Source of the DNA: Phoronis australis
Lineage: Eukaryota; Animalia; Phoronida
Direction: 5' to 3'
DNA: 64,000 bases
Assembly: GCA_002633005.1 (NCBI GenBank)
Contig: NMRA01000647.1
Span: forward strand, 1 to 64,000
Part shown: piece by piece, positions 1-11,200 of the stretch
How the letters are laid out: each line of letters opens with the position of its first letter
Position numbering within the stretch: the stretch's first letter is position 1
The notes under the pieces: model-generated
Databases searched by the model: none
What the model was told of the DNA's origin: nothing
The model's input: only the letters and a program-made list of their open reading frames with translations
Position numbers and translations under genes: made by a program

Positions 1-368
1 CAAACAACATGTGTAGAACACCATACGTCACTGAGACCTTCATCTTGTACGAGTTAAGAAACATCATCTTGTTTCTTCCCAACTGCCAAATCTGTAAAAC
101 CAAGGCATCACAAAAAGAAATGTAATAGACATGTAATAAAAAATTGCATAATTTATTTCTTCCTGGGAACTCTAAGATCACGATTAGCAAGTCCAAATAA
201 GTGAAGTTAAAAGATCACATTTTCACTGTTCAAGTGCGCAGTAAAAATGCGCAAGGGATGTGTTTCATAAAAAAGTGACTTGAAGACTTAATTTATGAAC
301 TTGGCCTCAAGCTTCCACTTCAACTATTTCTGAAAATAATTAAATCTCTCTTGAGCAACAATGCAAAG

Positions 369-525
369 TCTGAGAGCACCCACATAACTGCTAGCTACTG
401 CTCTGAGAACACCCACAAAACTGCTAGCTACTGCTCTGAGAACACCCACAAAACTGCTAGCTACTGCTCTGAGAACACCCACATAACTGCTAGCTACTGC
501 TCTGAGAACACCCACAAAACTGCTA
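369..525. repeat. 33-bp tandem minisatellite, ~4.8 copies (TCTGAGAACACCCACAWAACTGCTAGCTACTGC)
   Basis: Unit read directly; it produces the 11-aa periodic ORFs 351..605 and 324..515. Confidence 0.95.
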
Positions 526-3348
526 ACATCTCATTTCCGTCACAACCCGGAGAAAACAAGTCTCTCATTACACTGCCGTTATCGTTGTTTCCGTCTTCGT
601 ATTGACAAGAAAAGTGATTTTCATAATTTAGCCACAGAGCGAAAACGAACAAAGCTGCAAACTCCGCGGTCGCAAGTAAATGCTCTGCTAGCGGAGCTTA
701 GTTTCCCTCAATAAATGACAGGTTATTTTAGATGGGAAAGTCACTGGTCTTAGTTTGAGCAAATGTCTGACAGGTCACGGCGATAACTGGCGATTTGTAG
801 TGAAATCATAGAACAACCGATTTTGTTGTTTTATTATTCTGGTCAACGTTGACAAAAGTCTACCCTATTCAACAATTATTTCAAAAAATGCGCTTATCGG
901 CACCAAAAACGACAATGTTCTTTAAGAAATTTGGTTCTCAAAAGGGCCGCAGACATCAAGGTTTTCGTTTGACTCACTATAACTGTTGTTTCTGATCAAA
1001 ATGTACACGAGTGTTAAGAAAGTTGGGTAGATTGCTTCATTTGTTCACAATTTCAGTGTTTTGTGGAGTGTCGATAACAACGTAGTAACATTTTTTAACA
1101 TATCAAGTACAGTTTTTCAATATTGGAGGTTTATTTTCATTTATATGTCTTATTATGAGCTAACAAGCCAAAAAGCACTCTGTTTGGGTCAGTTTTAGTG
1201 TCTTGAACACTGGAAGTTTTCTTTTTTTTTTGTACAAGTCTTTTTTATTGCGACCGCGGTTCACTAATTAGTCGGCAGCTTTCAATTGTGCATGCCCACC
1301 ACGCTATTGTCATGTAAGATAAACGTTACCCGCCGGACGAGTAAGTTGAGTGTAAATGCATAAAATATATCGTAATTTTGCAATTGATGTTGAGGTAATT
1401 TCCTGAAACGTTTCAAAATGAACATGCACGTGATTGGAGCTTCTTTGTTTGATCGCTATAGCGAGGCTTGAAAATATAATAAAAATACCTGAACTGTTTT
1501 TCACTTTTCCAAAAAGTTAAAGATAGTGCTTTGTAGGCCTACTCTGTTACAATATAGGTCGCATTTTGAAGTCGGATTTTGCCTAGGAAACAATATCGTT
1601 GCCAGACAACGCATGTACCCTGGAAGTCTGCCGGAGTAATCATATCAAGTTTCTCCAGATGTTAGTTTAGTTCGGGCTTCCTTCAAGTTGAATCGTGGTG
1701 GACTGTGGCTTCGTTTTGCCACAGCAAACTCAAGCGACCTACTGTATGACATCTGTGACACACTGTTTAAACACTACAACTGCTTCGGACTGGAACTCTT
1801 TGTCGTTTCAACTCACGGATAACGAGTAAGTTCTCCTTCTCGATCGCTACGTTTTCAGCATCGGAGGCCATATTTTCAGCATCCGAGGCCATGTTGTCGT
1901 TCACGTAGGCTCATGACGCTACGAAGTTTCTGGGCGACCAGAATGCCAGGAGTATTATGAAAGTGTCGGAATACTGTTGACTATTAACACTTGTAGTACA
2001 GTAACCATCTACAATATGTGCGCAGACGACTTTATAGTTCGTTGTCGCTGTTGAAGCGAGAGAGACGTGTGTACACTAAACATAAACCAGCTTTCAAATC
2101 AGAATGCTCATGTTGTTGATTAAACGATCGAATAAAATCATGCAAAGCATCTAACGGCAGATGGTTGTAATCTCTAACCATTATGAAAAATATGAACGAG
2201 CTCCACGATTCTTACTTTCTTTGGAAAAGTGGCTTGTCAGGATTAGTGTTTCGTGGGTACAAACCCACAGTAAATAATTTATCTAAACACGACACGAACG
2301 TAGTAAACATTCTCTAGGTCGCTAACAGACGGCGTGGTGAAGTCGTGAAATATTTAAATATTTTATTTGCTAGACACAGCAGCTACAGCTTAATTATGAT
2401 CGTGCCTTATGTCTGTTTAGTTCACGGCTTAGGCTACACGTAAATGTATTATCTGCGAAAAATTACAAGTCACGACTTCCGGAACTTAGGCCTACTGCCT
2501 ATATAATCTTTCACATCAAGTAATGCGCCTGGATGCATATTTTCCACCTTCTGTACTTGTTTCATTTAACCTTTGTCAAAAAGTCTCGCCTGTTGGAGCC
2601 GCCTATATGGATTTAGTCTATTTATGTTTTTAACTTTCACCCCTACTTAGTTTTATCGATTCCTGTGTTCAGGTCTTAATGCTAAAACATGTTCCGTGAC
2701 GATTACAAAATTAGAAAAGCTGCCTGTAAACGTCATTAAATCGGACACTCTGTTCATTAGTTTACACAGGGCTTATCAGTGAGAGGCACAGAAAAGTCCA
2801 CCCAGATCACTATGAACTACCAAACTGAATGTTCCCCTTTAGATTCGGGGGGGTCACACCGCCGCAAATCTCTTCCTCGTACGGTGGTAGAAACTGGAGT
2901 TATAAACCAGCACCATACCTCCCCCGGTGCTTTAAAACAAGTTTTGATTTAGACCACTTCCCGTTATCATAACATCGGCCTCAAATTGTTCCTTAGTCAA
3001 AATAAGTACGATTTCTGGACTTGTGGTGACCTGTTATTTTATGAGCTTGGTCTGAAAAAATAACAAATTAACTTCCAGTTCTTCCAGCTCACTTGCGAGC
3101 TGACTGAGGATGCAATACTATAAAGTGACCTGTTAAATCACAACTCTAATTTTTTAACAGAAATCCTGGTTTAATGGCGCTTTATAACACGCATATCGCA
3201 TGTGATGTCAGTCGAGATTAAGTGTGGTTCCAAGTTGATGCACACCATTACCGATAGGAGCGGTTTTAGAATGAGAACCGGGCAAGGACATCAGTAAACG
3301 CGCCACCGTGTTAGAGCTTGGATCATAACCATCGCTTGATTGTAACCT

Positions 3349-3752
3349 GGGCCCGGTCTCTAATCTTTGTACTCGAAACGAACTCGAAACTATTTTTGGC
3401 AATTTCTATGCTCCTTTTGTGCGAACTTAAGATAATTGGTTATCAGACTGTGCTCGAATACATTATAGTTTATGCATAGGAGTTTCTAGTTCAAGTTTGC
3501 CCTTGAAGACCCTTATATTCGTGCTACAAACTCGAGTAACAACTCGAAATTTCGAGTTCAAACTCGAACTTATTGCTTTTAATATCGAATTTACAAACTG
3601 TGAACTAAGGGCAATAAATTATCTACGTACGTTATTGTGTACTCGAGCATAGAATAATAGACAATTATCTTGAGTTCGCCCAAAAGTAGAGTAGAAAATG
3701 CCAAACCTAATTTCGAGTTCCATTTCGAGTAAAAAGATTGGAGACCGGGCCC
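3349..3752. mobile_element. Non-autonomous DNA transposon (MITE) with ~40-bp TIRs and GGGCCCGG ends, possibly PIF/Harbinger-like; copy 1
   Basis: Left GGGCCCGGTCTCTAATCTTTGTACTCGAAACGAACTCGAAA; reverse complement of right end GGGCCCGGTCTCCAATCTTTTTACTCGAAATGGAACTCGAAA. Internal ACTCGAAA repeats; a related copy lies at 40724-41116. The superfamily is an inference. Confidence 0.85.
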
Positions 3753-5986
3753 AGATGGCAGACACCTGACCTCACAGTAGCTCCCTATACTCTGGCAATC
3801 GTGTGAAATGTGACCAGTCTTGAGCCCGATAATTTGGAACCATATATGTCCAACGGAATAATTTTTCACTGACGCCCTATCCCAAACGTTTTGCAATCGA
3901 AATTAAGCCTATGCCATCAGTCCATGCCATCGAGACTAAACAGATCTCTGTTAGTTATAATGGCCCGGATGCCAGATTAAGCCTTACGTAATACGGATAG
4001 CAATAATTCAAAGCTCAAAACTTAATCACTCCTCGATCTCAACTCATTGTGTTTTATAGCAATGTTTACATATCACATGGCAATGCATAACAAAGTTTTA
4101 CCTTGAAGCATGTTTCGGACGTCTGTTTTTTGTTTTTTTTTCTGACCTGTTGTGCGTACGAGAAGGCATACATCCTCAATGTTAAACGCTCAGTACAATA
4201 GGGAGTGACCCTCCGGGCCTTTAGTACTCCAGCCTTATCTTCGGCACCATGACCTGTTGCCAGAACAGATACGCTATTATCGGCAGTCATTTTACGTGGC
4301 TTTTTACAGGTGCGTTTTGACGGAGCAAGCTGAGACGGTTCCGGGAATGTTCGACAGCAAAGAATGAGACTGAACTGGCAGTTGCGAGTCTACAGGTTCG
4401 TGTGCGTAAATTTAGCCAAACTGAAGAGAATCCAGCCAATACTAATTTCTCTTTCGTTTATCCTACCATGAAAAAAATTATAGAATATATTCTGTGGCAT
4501 TCAAAGTTAACCTGCTATATTATTCCTTGGTGATTAAAAATTTTACCGTATCCTTGGTGATCAAATTGTTATCGTATCCATGGTGATCAATATGTCGATT
4601 AATGCAGTCCCTTCGAATAATCCATCTACCGCTGCTAATTGTGAACATTTTCAAATGAACTTGCTTTGTTGACCAAGCTCAGATAATGTAATTCGAACTT
4701 TTTAGGACGATTAATCATACCGAGTAAGAACTATTGAAGCTTGATTATTGTAATTAGTCGTTTTAGTTTTCGTCTTTTCTTCACAATGACAACATTTTCT
4801 CATGCATGGTCACGGTCTGGGGGGGGGTTACAACGTTTGTTCGACTGTTCGTGAATTTGCTGCAAATGTTTTGATACTAAAATTTTTCGAGGTATTCAAT
4901 GATTTGTAATCTTTTGACGTCTTTGAAAGGTTCCAAAATGAATAACATGTAGTTAAAGTGTTCTAATTGCTCAGTATCGTGAAATTTCAGTTTTATTCAA
5001 TCGTATACAGGCGATTTTAGCCCTTCCCTGTGGACGCGACCAAAAACAACACTGCCATCATTCTGTTTTTCGGTGAAATACAACAATTATCGTGATTGGC
5101 CGCTTCAAACGTCTTAATCCGCCACTGGCGTTCTTGGCGATTTGCCTTAAATATCATTGTTTGCGCTTCCTTGACTTGGCTTTCAAAATTGTTGGGACGT
5201 GCACAGCGAAACGTTGCACAAATTTCGTTTGACACGACAAGTTTTGTCCCGGGTTGCGTGAGAAGCATTCGTTAAAATATTTTTAAGTTTATTAACTTTG
5301 TAATGCACTTTGGTAGTGGCCATCGTTAGCAAGTATTTTTTCATCAACTATTCCAAATAATAATCAATCCTTATATTTTCTGGAGCTGAATTTATTTTTT
5401 GCATAAAAGTTTGTTTTTGTTTTTGTTTTTCACGCGTGAGTAGTTTACATCTTTAAAGTAGTTTACTGCAATGACTATTACGATGCGATCTGAGACAGCA
5501 ACATTAAGAATGTCCCCTTCTTGTCATTTCAAACCACTCCCCATTTCCTCTGTCCTTCCCGTAGGCAGTTCGGGTTTCACGTTGGATGAACAAAGCTGTT
5601 TACTCGAACATAAAATCATATCAACCCATCAACGGCGTTTCCGTGATATATCAGCAAATATACCATCTGCTGAAATGGTATTGGTTTAATTTTCTTCTAA
5701 AAATACGCGCGTTAATGAAATTCTTCGTTGTATTGCTTCTTTGTTAAAACGCTTTTAATAGATTATATCAGCTTAAAGTTAATCTTAGCTAAGAAAAACA
5801 ATCCACCGTCTCTAAGTGGCCTGGCCTAGTTGTGTAATTATATCTTGTGTCGCTCTAATATTCAGTTTCAGTGGGAGGTTATGGCATGTTCGGACTGTTC
5901 TCTGTCGTGACCACAAGACCACAGGGAATTCTGTTCGTTGATATCCGCGGACTGTCTCTAACTAACATTATTTGTTGCATTTTGGA

Positions 5987-6278
5987 CTTTAAAGTGGCTA
6001 CAAACCTACATTTTAAAGTGGCTACAAACTTACACTTTAAAGTGGCTACAAACCTACACTTTAAAGTGGCTACAAACCTAAACTTTAAAGTGGCTACAAA
6101 CCTACATTTTAAAGTGGCTACAAACCTACACTTTAAAGTGGCTACAAACCTACACTTTAAAGTGGCTACAAACCTACACTTTAAAGTGGCTACAAACCTA
6201 CACTTTAAAGTGGCTACAAACCTACATTTTAAAGTGGCCACAAACCTACATTTTAAAGTGGCCACAAACCTACATTTC
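5987..6278. repeat. 24-bp tandem minisatellite, 12 copies (AAAGTGGCTACAAACCTACAYTTT)
   Basis: Unit read directly; it explains the periodic ORFs 5871..6362 (KVATNLHF) and 5879..6265. Confidence 0.97.
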
Positions 6279-7171
6279 GTTGAAGAAGTGAACTTTTACT
6301 TTAGACCACTTATCGCAATAACATCCGGGTATCACCTTGTTCCTTCATCAGATGAGACATGATTTCTGGGCTCACAAAAAACTGACAGTTCATTATTCCT
6401 CGAGATCATCTTCGGCACGCACATAAATTGACACGCACTAACTACTTGTAGAGCTCGCTGTCATAACGAGCTATCTGCTACTTTGAAGACCAGAAATAGT
6501 TTCCAGTATGGCCACCGAATAATTTTTGACCCACTTCAGAATGGTAAGAGGTTTAAACCAAAGGTTGACTCTCGTCCGAGTCAGTTACATCTACGTCAGT
6601 AGGCAACAGGCACTCACAGGGGTCCAAGATTTGGAGTTAGGTGAGCAGGGGGGAACAAAAGATTTCATTTCGGGTAGTTCGTGGATAGTGCTGAACCCAA
6701 TTTGCCCAACATGTTTTTTCTGCTCCAAAACTCAAGACAAATGAGAAGAAGCGTACGAGTTTGATTTTAAAGCCATATAACTAGCAATCCTTTGCTCGAA
6801 TGAAAGGGAATATCTTTAAAGCAACCATGCACAAAGCTGAATACCTCAAAAGTATATCCTGCGTCAAAATATACACGCTCATAGGAACTCAAACCGATGT
6901 TTTTAAAGGCGAAGGCAACCTTTTTTTAGGTCACTTTTAGCAAAAATAAGGTCTGTTGATTATCCCAGACATATTTTTCACTTAATTACAGCTTTTCGTA
7001 ATTTAATTAATTTCTCGTCCTCTACTCCGGAAGTGACGTTTTAGGAGGCAAGAATTTTGCGCCAATTTCTTTTCATACAGTCAGACTGTGAGAGCTGTCA
7101 AGTCAGTCATTGTTCTTCCTCGGATGTGATAAGTTCGGTCGTCGTTTGCTTTTGTTTACGAGTCAGTCAAC

Positions 7172-7343
7172 GTGCCGCACTGTTGCTGTGTACCAGGATG
7201 TACTCATTATCGTCTAACGCGCGCTTTGGGTGCCTTGCATCGCTTACCGAAGGATGACACACTTCGCCGTACTTGGCTAGTTCGTTCGTGTGAAGAACGC
7301 AGCGCTACCCTTTCACGCAACGTACAAATCAGTGGCAAGCATT
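7172..7343 (+). pseudogene. Degenerate THAP zinc-finger domain ORF near the left end of the transposon, running into an N gap
   Basis: (V)PHCCCVPGCTHY...LHRLPKDDTLRRTWL...VQISGKH matches the THAP C-x4-C...P...W...C-x2-H pattern. The start codon is GTG and the third Cys appears to be Ser. An ETS-type CCGGAAGTG lies upstream at ~7027. Confidence 0.75.
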
Positions 7344-7545
7344 NNNNNNNNNNNNNNNNNNNNNNNNNNNNNNNNNNNNNNNNNNNNNNNNNNNNNNNNN
7401 NNNNNNNNNNNNNNNNNNNNNNNNNNNNNNNNNNNNNNNNNNNNNNNNNNNNNNNNNNNNNNNNNNNNNNNNNNNNNNNNNNNNNNNNNNNNNNNNNNNN
7501 NNNNNNNNNNNNNNNNNNNNNNNNNNNNNNNNNNNNNNNNNNNNN

Positions 7546-8183
7546 TGTCCTGGCTGGCTGCCAGGGGTGTCAACCAAACAAAGAGGAGACTTTAAAATAC
7601 TTTATTCTATCTTCTCTCAAATGGTGAACTACAAAAAGATAAAAAAGAACTAATAAATGCGCGTAACAACATATGGGCGAACATTCGAAACTTTACGGTA
7701 CAAAACAAGGAAACGTGGAAAAGACCAGAATAAACTAAAACATCCTTAAAATAATGTCCAAAGTGTCACTTTAATATCACTGGCTCACGAAGATCCTCAA
7801 ACGTCAATGACCAACGAAGGTCAAAATGCGCGATAATAATGTGACCGGCTACCAAAGTGCACAATGCGCAATAATTCGACTGCTTACGGTAGATTCCATG
7901 TGAGCACATCAAAAGTTGAAAATAACGTCGAAAAATCCACAATTCTTGCAGAATCAATATAACTAACACTATCTATAGTATCTTGTGTAAACGTTTAAAA
8001 ACTTACAGACTATGAACTCGTCCGAAGCGTGAGATATCACAACTAATTCAGAATCCAGTAAAACATCGTTTGCTGACTTGATTTCTAATATGGCGACCAG
8101 ACAGCACCACCTAGTGTAGTGGCGAACGACGCGCGCTCTAACGACTAGCGATAAAAACACTTATCGTAACGGCGTACACGACA
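7546..8183 (-). repeat. 3' LTR of the BEL element (638 bp, TGT...ACA)
   Basis: On the minus strand it starts TGTCGTGTAC at 8183, directly after the purine-rich tract GGCGAGGAG (8192-8184), and ends ...CCAGGACA at 7546. It matches 14194-14809 with no difference I could see. Confidence 0.92.
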
Positions 8184-8272
8184 CTCCTCGCCAAAAGGTC
8201 TCCAAGACCTTTACTACACTAACAAATACTTATGAGAATCTTAAGTACAGAAAAATAACTAACAAATGTCAG

Positions 8273-11200
8273 TCACTGCTTCTCGCTCTCTAATAACACA
8301 ACTAGCTCCTGTACTGGTCTATCGAATGACTTCCTGTTACCTCCGCGAACCGTCTCAACGCGAACCTTTCTCACAAGTCCATCCTCAGACCCAAACACTT
8401 CCACAACTCTTCCAAGTGGCCATTCGTTTCTCGTTACTTCTTTCTCACGAATCAGCACAACATCATCAATCGAAACGTTTCGTCGAGGATGCTCCCATTT
8501 TCGCCTTGACTGCTGATCATGCAAGTACTCTCTACGCCAACGCAGCCAAAACTGGTCCGCCAAATACTGAACTCGTCTCCATCTTCGGCGTCCGTACACG
8601 CGGAGATCCTCTGGAACGAAATTTCCTTGAGCTTGAGTGATTGGACGTCGCTTGAGTGTCAACAACATCGAGGGCGACAGAGGTTGGGGTTCATCGATGT
8701 CACTCGGAATCGCAGAGATGGGTCGGGCATTCACTATAGATGTAACTTCAGCCAGAAGAGTGGAAAGGAGTTCGTGGGTTAGCTGGTGCTTTCCTAATCC
8801 AATTAACATTCCATCTAACACCCTTCTTATGGTTCCGATCATTCTTTCCCAAACTCCTCCGAAGTGCGAGGCGTGTGGTGGGTTAAACTTCCAGGTAATG
8901 TAATCAAACCCGGCCTTCTTCAACTCGGACTCTCCGCCCTTAAAGTTTGTACCTTGGTCGCATACTATCTGCTTCACATCTCCTCGAATGGCTATGAACC
9001 TTCTCAAGGCACACAAGAATGAATCAGTGTCCATAGACTCAAGAAGCTCGATGTGGATCGCTCGAGAGGCCAAACACGTGAATACTAAACCCCATCTTTT
9101 GGATGAAGCCGATCCGCCTCTTGTCTTTCTCGTGAGTACTTCCCAGGGACCGAATACATCACACCCAACGTGTGTAAAGGGAGGAGTAGGCTCCAATCTC
9201 TCTTGGGGTAGATCTCCCATCTTCTGTGTGGACAGCTTATGACGGAGTCTTCTACAAGTAACGCAGCTGTGCAGGACTGAGGAAACCTGGCTGTGACCTC
9301 CGACTATCCAAAATCCCGCCTGTCTGACAGCTCCGTGAGTGATACTCCTACCTTGATGGTGAACTAGTTCATGATAGTGTTGAATAACAAGTCTGGTGAT
9401 GTGATGTCCCTTAGGGAGAACTATGGGGTGTTTTTCAGCATAGATTAGCCGAGACCTTCGAAGTCGTCCTCCAACCCTGACCAATCCCTCTTCGTCGATA
9501 AATGGGTCTAGGTCGGACAGTGTTGACCTTCCTTTCGCGTGTGATTCCTGATGCTGCTGCAACCTAGCTATGGTGTCCCCGAAAGACTCTCTCTGTACTG
9601 CTTTGATTACTGTAATAACTGCTTTCTCCTTTGAGTCTACTTTGCTCCGCAAATCCTTTTCGCCCTTATGAACCCGCACTAGATCGATCAATCTAGCGAC
9701 AGCTCTTATGAGACGTGTCCAACTGGAGAATCGATCAAATCGATTGGATTCAAGACATCTCTGGTTAGTATCATCGATTCGCTCCTCCTCAACTCGGTCT
9801 GCTTCTGGGGTTGACGCGGGGACATTGCCAACGACCGGCTGGACGTCTCCAAAGGCCTCTGCGAGCCCGACGGCTTTGTAGGTCGAACTCGCCAACGTGG
9901 TTACGTCCTTGCGAACTTCCGGGTCATCGAGCATCAGTTCGTCTGTAGGTGGGTTCGATGGTACGGTGACTTCAGGAAGTCTCAAAAAGTCGGGACCCTG
10001 TAGCCATGAAGAGTCCAAAAGAAGTGACGGAGTAGTGCCTCGAGTACCAATATCTGCTGGGTTTGTTGTCGTATTCACATATCTCCACTGGCTTGGATGG
10101 GACACCGTTCTAATCTGTTGCACTCTATTAGCAACATACACATAGAAACGTCGAGCCTCATTCTGTATGTAACCAAGTACAACCTTCGAGTCGGTATAGA
10201 AGAAGGTTCTGTCAATCTGGAGTTCGAGTGCAGTCTTCACCTTGTGAGTCACTTGTGTTCCCAACACTGCAGCACACAGTTCCAGGCGTGGCATCGTTGT
10301 GGTCTTAAGAGGGGTGACCTTAGTCTTTCCGTGACAGAAGGTTACGTGCACTTCATCCTTGTCATCAATGAATCTCAAGAAACAAACAGCTGCAATTGCA
10401 GAAAAGCTGGCGTCTGAAAAGGTGTGTAATTCAGTCACAATGGGGACGAAGTCTTTGGGGCAGTAACATCGGTCCAACTTCACTGTCTCCAGATCCTGTA
10501 GTCCATTGCGCCAGGACTGCCATTCCTGGTGGAGTGTCTCAGGCAGAGGTTCGTCCCAACCCACAGGATTCTTTTTGTCTCTCGCATCTTGGATAATTGT
10601 CTGCAGGATCTTTCTACCTTCGATGACGACTGGTCCAGCAATACCAAGTGGGTCATAGACTGAGTTAACAATAGCTAACACCCCACGTCGGGAGAATGGC
10701 TTCCCTGGTAAGGACACTTGAAATGTGAAAACATCTTCCTTCAAATTCCAGTAGACTCCAAGTGACCTTTGTATTGGTAACACATCTTGATGCAGATTCA
10801 AACTTCGGATGTCATTGGCGCGGTCCTCCTCCGGCAGTGCACTCACCACCGTCATGTCATTGGAGCTGACTTTATGCAGCCGTATATTTCTCTGTGCTAA
10901 CAAGGCTTGACTTCTTTTGATGAGGTCCACCGCCTGCTCCGGGGTATCCACAGATGTCAGACCGTCATCTACGTAAAACGACTTGTGGATGAAGGTTCTG
11001 GCTTCACTACCAAAGGTGTTAAGTCCTAGATCCGCCGTCTTTCTTAGGCCAAATGTTGCCACTGCAGGGCTCGAACAGTTACCGAATACATGGACGTTCA
11101 TTTGGTACTCCCTCATGCTTTCCTTTGGATCGTTGTTATCGAACCACAAAAAACGTAGAAAGTTGCGGTCAGATTTATCGACTTTAAAGCAATAAAACAT

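Noticed and set aside
324-605. Repetitive ORFs of 63 and 84 aa
   Set aside because: Translations of a 33-bp minisatellite that is open on both strands.
5871-6362. 163-aa repeat protein or CRISPR-like array
   Set aside because: Perfect 24-bp tandem units with no unique spacers, in a eukaryotic context with no cas genes.
7290-7627. ORFs spanning N runs (also 14617-15014)
   Set aside because: Artefacts of translating through gaps.
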